A DNA stretch of 5,458 bases from Candidatus Profftella armatura (GTDB lineage Bacteria; Pseudomonadota; Gammaproteobacteria; Burkholderiales; Burkholderiaceae), in contig NC_021886.1 in assembly GCF_000441555.1 (NCBI RefSeq), forward strand, positions 1 to 5,458. The letters run 5' to 3'. The notes beneath the pieces were generated by a model. That model did not search any database. It was not told the origin of the DNA and saw nothing but the letters and a program-made list of their open reading frames with translations. Shown in pieces: positions 1 through 5,398 of this stretch; the stretch's first letter is position 1; the number at the start of each line of letters is the position of its first letter. The position numbers and the translations under genes are program-made.

Positions 1-897
1 ATGTTTTTTCGTTATAATAAATTAATTAAATATGCGTTAAGAATTAAAAAAAAGGATGTTAAGAAAGTTAATACTCTTGGGTGTATAACAAAAACATTGG
101 CTCAAGCTACATTGCCTCATACAAATCCAAAACTTCCAATTGGTACACTTTATAGTAGAAGCACAGGTCAATTAATTTTTTCAATTATTCCAACAAGTCC
201 AAATTATGGAATTCCATATGGTTCTATACCTCGTTTAATTTTAGCATGGATTTGTAGTGAGGTTATAAAAACTAAAAAACGTATACTTTTTCTTGGCAAA
301 TCACAAAGTGATTTTTTAAAACAGATTAATTTACATAATAACGGAAGGGATATTGCTCGTTTTCGTGAACAAGCTTTACGTTTATTTAAATCAGTTATTT
401 CTATTGAATATAATGATGAAAAAAAAAATAATTTCTCATCTCGATTGTTAATTTCTGAATCTTCACATATATTTTGGAATACGAAAACAAGAAAAAAAAA
501 ATGGGAAAGTTCATTGGAACTTTCAGATGGATTTTTTAGAGAAATTATAGATGCATCTGTTCCGATAGATATACGTATATTTCATGCTTTAAGTAAATCT
601 CCGTTAGCAATGGATATATATACATGGTTAGTTTATCGTATATTTATTTTGCAAAAATCTAAATTATCTTCTGTTTTTATATCATGGATTAATCTAAAAT
701 TTCAATTTGGAGTTGGTTATCCGAATACTAATCAAGGTTTTCGAGATTTTAAAAAACGTTTTAGATTAAGATTAAAAGAAGTTTTATTTTTTTATAAAAA
801 AGCAAAAAGACATGTACGAGAAAATAAAATTGGACTAATAATAACTTCTTGTGATCTTCATATTTCAAAATTAAATTCGAAAAACAAAAACGATTAA
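1..897 (+). CDS. repA: Plasmid replication initiator protein RepA (RepA_C / PF04796-like family)
   Basis: 298-aa ORF starting at ATG at position 1. It carries the blocks I recognise from the 'plasmid encoded RepA protein' family: IPYGSIPRLILAW (nt 214-249), then an LG-S---F segment and GRDIARFREQALRLF, then later LAMDIYTWLVYR and ISW--LK-QFG-GY. If the molecule is circular, the first in-frame stop upstream is at 5435-5437, so ATG 1 is the first available ATG. The family assignment is from remembered motifs, not a search. Confidence 0.85.
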   Translation: MFFRYNKLIKYALRIKKKDVKKVNTLGCITKTLAQATLPHTNPKLPIGTLYSRSTGQLIFSIIPTSPNYGIPYGSIPRLILAWICSEVIKTKKRILFLGKSQSDFLKQINLHNNGRDIARFREQALRLFKSVISIEYNDEKKNNFSSRLLISESSHIFWNTKTRKKKWESSLELSDGFFREIIDASVPIDIRIFHALSKSPLAMDIYTWLVYRIFILQKSKLSSVFISWINLKFQFGVGYPNTNQGFRDFKKRFRLRLKEVLFFYKKAKRHVRENKIGLIITSCDLHISKLNSKNKND

Positions 898-975
898 ATT
901 GCGTAAATATCGCCTTAAGAATTAAAAAATATTTATTTAAGCCACCTTTGTATTGATTAAACTTTAAAATTTAAA
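680..975. repeat. Direct repeat, copy 1 (296 bp, identical to 1019-1314); covers the repA 3' end (last 71 codons plus stop) and 78 bp downstream
   Basis: Base-by-base comparison by eye shows 680-975 equals 1019-1314 with no mismatch. Identity breaks at a679/t1018 on the left and a976/t1315 on the right. Confidence 0.9.
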
Positions 976-987
976 ATAAGACTTATT

Positions 988-1236
988 TTGATCGTTAAAA
1001 ATAGAAAAATTAAATTATTATCATGGATTAATCTAAAATTTCAATTTGGAGTTGGTTATCCGAATACTAATCAAGGTTTTCGAGATTTTAAAAAACGTTT
1101 TAGATTAAGATTAAAAGAAGTTTTATTTTTTTATAAAAAAGCAAAAAGACATGTACGAGAAAATAAAATTGGACTAATAATAACTTCTTGTGATCTTCAT
1201 ATTTCAAAATTAAATTCGAAAAACAAAAACGATTAA
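988..1236 (+). pseudogene. Truncated duplicate of the repA 3' end (C-terminal 71 aa identical to RepA residues 228-298); probably a non-functional fragment
   Basis: The ORF begins with TTG (988-990). The open frame from the upstream stop at 958-960 contains no ATG. It lacks the N-terminal three quarters of RepA, including the PYG-PRL block. Its first 11 codons (MIVKNRKIKLL) are a degraded version of RepA ...LQKSKLSSVFI with a 12-nt gap. Confidence 0.6.
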
Positions 1237-1314
1237 ATTGCGTAAATATCGCCTTAAGAATTAAAAAATATTTATTTAAGCCACCTTTGTATTGATTAAA
1301 CTTTAAAATTTAAA
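1019..1314. repeat. Direct repeat, copy 2 (296 bp, identical to 680-975)
   Basis: Same comparison as copy 1. The offset is 339 bp (113 codons), so the reading frame is preserved. The predicted peptide SWINLKF...SKNKND is identical in both ORFs of the supplied track. Confidence 0.9.
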
Positions 1315-1410
1315 TGTGCGTGTAATTTGCTTTCCTATTTTTTGTGTTGCGTGTAATTATATTTGATAATATTTTACGCGTAATCCCCATTGCGTGTAAA
1401 ATGTCCCCCA
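1315..1410. other. Candidate replication-origin iteron cluster: TGCGTGTAA boxes plus palindrome TTACGCGTAA, flanked by C-tracts
   Basis: TGCGTGTAATT occurs at 1317-1327 and 1348-1358, and TGCGTGTAA at 1391-1399. The perfect 10-bp palindrome TTACGCGTAA is at 1374-1383. Shortened boxes TTGCGTAAA sit at 899-907 and 1238-1246 inside the two large repeat copies. TCCCCA (1384-1389) and TCCCCCA (1404-1410) bracket the last box. The cluster lies directly downstream of a Rep gene, as expected for iteron plasmids. Its function is inferred. Confidence 0.5.
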
Positions 1411-1499
1411 ACTAAAAAACAAGCAAATAAACTTAATTATATTATTAAAACATCTGTTAAATCAAATAAAATTATAATTTAAATATTTTAAAAAATCTA

Positions 1500-1537
1500 A
1501 AAAGTATGTTATTATCGTAAAAGTATGTTATCATCGT
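1500..1537. repeat. Exact-tandem 19-bp repeat, 2 copies (AAAAGTATGTTATYATCGT)
   Basis: 1500-1518 is aaaagtatgttattatcgt and 1519-1537 is aaaagtatgttatcatcgt. The copies are adjacent with no spacer and differ at one position (t1513 vs c1532). Confidence 0.85.
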
Positions 1538-1581
1538 TTTATAAGAGAGAATTTTTTTAATTCTTTTTTCTCAATAGGAAG

Positions 1582-1680
1582 AAAAAATAATAAAATTAAA
1601 ATTTATTATTATTAAAATTACTTATTATTCATTATATTCATTATTTATTTTAAAGTGTTATTATAGCTAATTAATGTTTT
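1582..1680. other. Very A+T-rich stretch, possible DNA-unwinding element of the origin
   Basis: 1582-1620 contains no G or C (39 nt). It is followed by a 9-bp tandem ATTCATTAT x2 (1627-1644). It lies between the repeat boxes and the crt operon. The whole molecule is AT-rich, so this call is weak. Confidence 0.25.
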
Positions 1681-1706
1681 ATAAGAACAGGAATAAATAC
1701 AAAACT

Positions 1707-1714
1707 CCCCCCCC
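1707..1714. repeat. C8 homopolymer in the intergenic region about 93 bp upstream of crtY
   Basis: The sequence aaaactCCCCCCCCtaaaaccctgaaagg is read directly. I noticed no longer G or C run elsewhere in the window. Confidence 0.8.
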
Positions 1715-1806
1715 TAAAACCCTGAAAGGTATTATTATTATTAAAATAAATGCCATTAAAAAAGTTAAAGTCTTTAAAAATATTAAATATCGTTATTTAA
1801 AAAAAA

Positions 1807-2967
1807 ATGAATTTTGAAAAAAATTATTATTGGGATTTTATTTTAATTGGGGCAGGTTTGTGGAATAGTATAATTGCTTGGTACTTAAAACAATATAATC
1901 CAAAGTTAAATGTATTATTATTGGAATTAAGTTCAAGTGTAAAAAATCACATATGGTCTTTTCACCAAAATGATATAAGTTCATCACAATACATGCTCAT
2001 AAAACCATTAATTACTTATTCGTGGCCATCATATCAAGTAAAATTTCCAAAATTTAATCGTAAAATTTTTAGTGGATATTATTCTATTTGCTCAAAACAT
2101 CTTAATTCTTATTTAATACGAGCTTTAGGTATAAACAATTTTTTGTTTAACAATAAAACTGTAGAAATAATTACTCCAACATCAATCCGCATAAATAATA
2201 AAAAAATAATAAACGCAAACTGTATAATTGATGGTAGAGGGTTAAAAAATTCTCAATTCGACGGGATATATCAAATTTTTTTAGGTCAACAATGGAATTT
2301 ATCTTCTCCACATGGATTAGATATACCAATAATAATGGATGCAACTGTAAATCAAAAAAATGACGAATATCATTTTATTTATACATTACCATTAACCCCT
2401 AATAGTTTAATGATTGAAGATACTAGATATACCAAAAAACCTTTTTTAAAAATTGACATGCTAAAAAAATCCATAAAAGATTATGCTATTAAAAATAGAT
2501 GGAAATTAAAAAATATAGAAAGAGAAGAAATTGGTTCTATACCAATAGCGTTAAAAAATGAAAAAATAATAAAATTTAAAAAAATAATTTGCGTTGGTTT
2601 GCGAGCTAATCTTCTTCATGCAACTACCGGGTATTCTTTGCCAATTGCAATTCAATTAGCTGAAAATATTGCTAAATATTCCATTACTACTAATCAAATT
2701 AATTCTACTGTTTTGTTTAAATTAGTGAAAAAATTTATTATTAATCATCAAAAAAAACAGCGTTTTTTTTGTATGCTGAATAGATTATTTTTTTTATCAA
2801 ATTCAAGGTGTCATTTAGATATTATGCAATATTTTTATACTCTTCCAGACAAAATTATTAGAAATTTTTATGCAAATAAATTATCGTTTTTTGATAAAAT
2901 TCGTATTTTTTCTGGTAAACCTCCTATTTCATTATTTCAAGCTTTATATGCATTTTTAAATTTATAA
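1807..2967 (+). CDS. crtY: Lycopene beta-cyclase, bacterial CrtY type
   Basis: 386-aa ORF. It has an N-terminal dinucleotide-binding fold DFILIGAGLWNS (G15 at nt 1849-1851). It is colinear with my recollection of Pantoea CrtY: NH-WSFH--D, WP-YQV-FP, GY--I-S, IDGRG, PHGL--PIIMDATV-Q, F-Y-LPL-P--L-IEDT-Y, REE-G-IPI-L, GLRA-L-H-TTGYSLP-A, F--MLNR--FL, RFYA-KL---D--RI-SGKPP. The length is also close to the Pantoea protein as I recall it. Confidence 0.93.
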   Translation: MNFEKNYYWDFILIGAGLWNSIIAWYLKQYNPKLNVLLLELSSSVKNHIWSFHQNDISSSQYMLIKPLITYSWPSYQVKFPKFNRKIFSGYYSICSKHLNSYLIRALGINNFLFNNKTVEIITPTSIRINNKKIINANCIIDGRGLKNSQFDGIYQIFLGQQWNLSSPHGLDIPIIMDATVNQKNDEYHFIYTLPLTPNSLMIEDTRYTKKPFLKIDMLKKSIKDYAIKNRWKLKNIEREEIGSIPIALKNEKIIKFKKIICVGLRANLLHATTGYSLPIAIQLAENIAKYSITTNQINSTVLFKLVKKFIINHQKKQRFFCMLNRLFFLSNSRCHLDIMQYFYTLPDKIIRNFYANKLSFFDKIRIFSGKPPISLFQALYAFLNL

Positions 2968-2969
2968 AA

Positions 2970-4451
2970 ATGAAGAAAGCAATTATAATAGGAGCAGGTA
3001 TTGGAGGGATAGCATTAGCTATACGTTTACAAACAGCAGGAATTTCTACTATTATTCTTGAGCAAAGAGATAAACCTGGAGGTAGAGCTTATGTGTACAA
3101 ACAAGATGGATTTATTTTTGATGCTGGACCAACTGTAATTACTGATCCAAATTCGATTAAATTATTATTTGATTTGTCAAAAAATCGCATGGAAAATTAT
3201 GTTAATTTATTGCCAATAAAACCTTTTTATCGGTTATACTGGGGAAAAGAAAAATTTTTAAATTATGAAGATAATATAAAAGATTTAGAAAAACAAATAG
3301 CAAAATTCAACTTAAATGATATAAAAGGTTATCGTCTTTTTTTGAATTATTCAAAAAAAGTTTTTAAAGAAGGATATCTTTCATTTGCATCAAAATCATT
3401 TTTAACTATTAATGATATGTTGTTTATTTTACCAAAATTAATAAAAATTAAAGCTTGGAAAAGTGTTTATAGTATTGTTTCGCAATTTATTAAAAACGAT
3501 TATTTAAAACAAGCTTTTTCTTTTAATTCTCTTTTTATAGGAGGAAATCCTTTTTCTACTTCTTCTATTTATACTTTAATTCATGCTTTGGAATATGAAT
3601 GGGGAATTTGGTTTCCTAAAGGAGGTGTAGGGGCTCTGATTAAAGCATTAATTAAACTTTTTCAAAATCTTGGTGGGAATCTTATACTTAATTCACAAGT
3701 TATTTCTATTTATGTTAATAACAATAAAGTAAATAAAGTACATTTAAAAAATGGACAAATATTTGATGCTGATATAATTGTTTCTAATGCAGATATAATT
3801 AATACTTATCGAAATTTGTTGGGTCAATATGCTTTTGGAAAAAAAAAGTATATGAATTTGATTAAAAAGAAAATGAGTAATTCATTATTTGTAATATATT
3901 TTGGATTAAGTGAACAATATACTCATTTAGCTCATCATACAATTTTTTTTCCTTCTAATTACAAAAAATCGATTGAAAATATTTTTGGAAAAAATTTTTC
4001 AAGAGATAATCTTTCTATATATTTACATTCTCCTTCTGTAACTGATTTATCATTAGCTCCAACAGGTTGTTCTACTTTTTATGCATTAATACCTGTCCCT
4101 AATTTGAGTAATTCTTCAATAAATTGGTCGGAAGAAAGTATAAAATTAAAAAATATAGTTTTTATGTATCTTGAACAATATTGTATACCAAATTTACGTA
4201 AAAAATTAATAACACAACGTATATTTACCCCGAATGATTTTAAAGATGTATTAGGTTCGTATTTAGGATCTGCTTTTTCATTTGCGCCATTGCTTACACA
4301 AAGCGCATGGTTTCGTCCTCATAATCGTGATAAAAATTTAACTAATCTTTATTTTGTTGGAGCAGGAACGCATCCTGGGGCTGGTATTCCTGGTGTTATT
4401 GCTTCCGCTAATATAACAGCAGAAATTATATTTAATGATATTAATTTATGA
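2970..4451 (+). CDS. crtI: Phytoene desaturase (phytoene to lycopene, bacterial CrtI type)
   Basis: 493-aa ORF. It has an N-terminal FAD-binding motif IIGAGIGGIALA (G8 at nt 2991-2993). Long stretches match remembered Pantoea CrtI: LEQRDKPGGRAYV, FDAGPTVITDP, KPFYRL-W, FSF-SL--GGNPF-TSSIYTLIHALE-EWG-WFP-GG-GAL, VSNAD--NTY--LLG, MSNSLFV-YFGL, LAHHTI-F, S-YLHSP-VTD-SLAP-GC--FY-L-PVP-L, QRIFTP-DF-D, LGSAFS--PLLTQSAWFRPHNRD, NLY-VGAGTHPGAGIPGV-AS. It starts 2 nt after the crtY stop codon. Confidence 0.96.
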   Translation: MKKAIIIGAGIGGIALAIRLQTAGISTIILEQRDKPGGRAYVYKQDGFIFDAGPTVITDPNSIKLLFDLSKNRMENYVNLLPIKPFYRLYWGKEKFLNYEDNIKDLEKQIAKFNLNDIKGYRLFLNYSKKVFKEGYLSFASKSFLTINDMLFILPKLIKIKAWKSVYSIVSQFIKNDYLKQAFSFNSLFIGGNPFSTSSIYTLIHALEYEWGIWFPKGGVGALIKALIKLFQNLGGNLILNSQVISIYVNNNKVNKVHLKNGQIFDADIIVSNADIINTYRNLLGQYAFGKKKYMNLIKKKMSNSLFVIYFGLSEQYTHLAHHTIFFPSNYKKSIENIFGKNFSRDNLSIYLHSPSVTDLSLAPTGCSTFYALIPVPNLSNSSINWSEESIKLKNIVFMYLEQYCIPNLRKKLITQRIFTPNDFKDVLGSYLGSAFSFAPLLTQSAWFRPHNRDKNLTNLYFVGAGTHPGAGIPGVIASANITAEIIFNDINL

Positions 4452-5398
4452 TTGATGATTCTATTTTAAAGTTAGCAAATAAAATTATAAAAGCTGGATC
4501 AAAAAGTTTTTCGTCTGCCATAAAACTTTTTGATCCAGTAATTCGTTATAAAGTACTTATGCTTTATGCTTGGTGTCGTTATTGTGATGATGTTATTGAT
4601 AATCAAATTTGTGGAAATAGATCTAAATTTTTAAAAAAAAATGTTAGCATGAAGCACAAATTAAAAATATTGCGAATAAAAACAAAAAGAGCTTGTATTG
4701 GATTTAAGATGAAAGAACCAGCTTTTTTAGCCCTTCAAAAAATAATATCTATTCATTCTTTTCCAGTTCATTTGCTTTTTGAGCATCTTGATGGTTTTGA
4801 AATGGATGTAATGGAAAGAACTTATATAACATTAGATGAAACATTAGGCTATTGTTATCATGTTGCTGGAACAATAGGATTAATTATAGCTCATCTTATT
4901 GGAGTAAAAGAAAAAGATACATTAAATTGCGCTCGTAATTTAGGGATTGCTTTTCAACTTACTAATATTAGTAGAGATGTAATAGATGATTTTTATGTTG
5001 GTCGTTGTTATTTACCTTTAGATTGGTTAAGAAATGAAGGTTTAAATAAATCAAATTTTGTATTAGCTGAAAATAGAAAAAAATTATTTAAAGTTGTGAC
5101 ACGTATTTTAGATATAGCAGAATTTTATTATTCTTCTTCTTTAGTAAAATTGAATACATTACCATTACGATCAACTTTAGCTATTGTAACTTCTTGGAGT
5201 ATTTATAGAGAAATAGGTATAAAAATAAGAAAATATAAACATAAGGCATGGAATAAAAGACAACATACAAATTTTTTTGAAAAATTGAAAATATTTTTAA
5301 CCATTTTTTTTAAATTAATAATTTCTAGGATAGCTATTAGTTTAAATATATATAAAAAAAATTTTTTTAAAAAATTTAAAAAAATTTTTAAAAAATAA
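4448..5398 (+). CDS. crtB: Phytoene synthase (15-cis-phytoene synthase, CrtB)
   Basis: 316-aa ORF. Both Asp-rich substrate/Mg-binding motifs of squalene/phytoene synthases are present: DDVID (nt 4586-4600) and DVIDD (nt 4976-4990). It is colinear with remembered Pantoea CrtB: GSKSF--A-KLFDP--R--VLMLY-WCR-CDDVID-Q, DPAF-A-Q, HLDGF-MDV, Y-T-(E/D)(D/E)TL-YCYHVAG--GL--A---GV, LG-AFQLTNI-RD-IDD---(D/G)RCYLP--WL, VYREIGIK, AW--RQHT. Its ATG overlaps the crtI stop by 4 nt (ATGA, 4448-4451). Confidence 0.95.
   Translation: MIDDSILKLANKIIKAGSKSFSSAIKLFDPVIRYKVLMLYAWCRYCDDVIDNQICGNRSKFLKKNVSMKHKLKILRIKTKRACIGFKMKEPAFLALQKIISIHSFPVHLLFEHLDGFEMDVMERTYITLDETLGYCYHVAGTIGLIIAHLIGVKEKDTLNCARNLGIAFQLTNISRDVIDDFYVGRCYLPLDWLRNEGLNKSNFVLAENRKKLFKVVTRILDIAEFYYSSSLVKLNTLPLRSTLAIVTSWSIYREIGIKIRKYKHKAWNKRQHTNFFEKLKIFLTIFFKLIISRIAISLNIYKKNFFKKFKKIFKK

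Noticed and set aside
988-1236. The 82-aa ORF as an independent, functional gene
   Set aside because: It is a copy of the repA 3' end created by the 339-bp duplication. It has only a TTG start, no ATG in its open frame and no upstream signal, and it lacks the conserved N-terminal RepA blocks. It is kept as a pseudogene/fragment, and expression is left as an open question.
1317-1399. Regularly spaced short repeats as a possible CRISPR array
   Set aside because: The repeat units are only 9-11 bp and the spacings are unequal (31 and 43 bp). There are no cas genes, and the position next to a Rep gene fits iterons far better.
1316-1537. DnaA boxes (TTATCCACA-like) in the origin region
   Set aside because: The best candidates, the reverse complement of the tgtgcgtgtaa box region (ttacacgca, complement of 1317-1325) and ttatcatcg at 1528-1536, match the consensus at only about 5-6 of 9 positions. 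That is not distinguishable from chance.
1564-1587. Hairpin ttttttc-N10-gaaaaaa (and gaatt-ttttt-aattc at 1549-1563) as a terminator or structured RNA
   Set aside because: The stems are only 5-7 bp and almost all A-T, with no G+C-rich stem or defined U-tract context. Such pairings are expected by chance in this composition.
1705-1730. G-quadruplex on the minus strand (GGG-N5-G8)
   Set aside because: Only about three G3 runs can be extracted and no fourth is nearby, so it does not meet the canonical four-run requirement.
1750-1800. A 16-codon mini-ORF (MPLKKLKSLKILNIVI*) ending 6 nt before the crtY ATG, as a possible leader peptide
   Set aside because: It has no SD, and an open stretch this short is not improbable by chance. 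It has no attenuator-like hairpins or codon runs related to the pathway.
1741-1806. Specific -35/-10 promoter hexamers for the crt operon (and for repA at 5399-5458)
   Set aside because: TATAAT-like hexamers are everywhere in this A+T-rich DNA (for example tattaa 1781-1786, tataaa 5406-5411). No -35/-10 pair with proper 16-18 bp spacing stands out, so any call would be arbitrary without TSS data.
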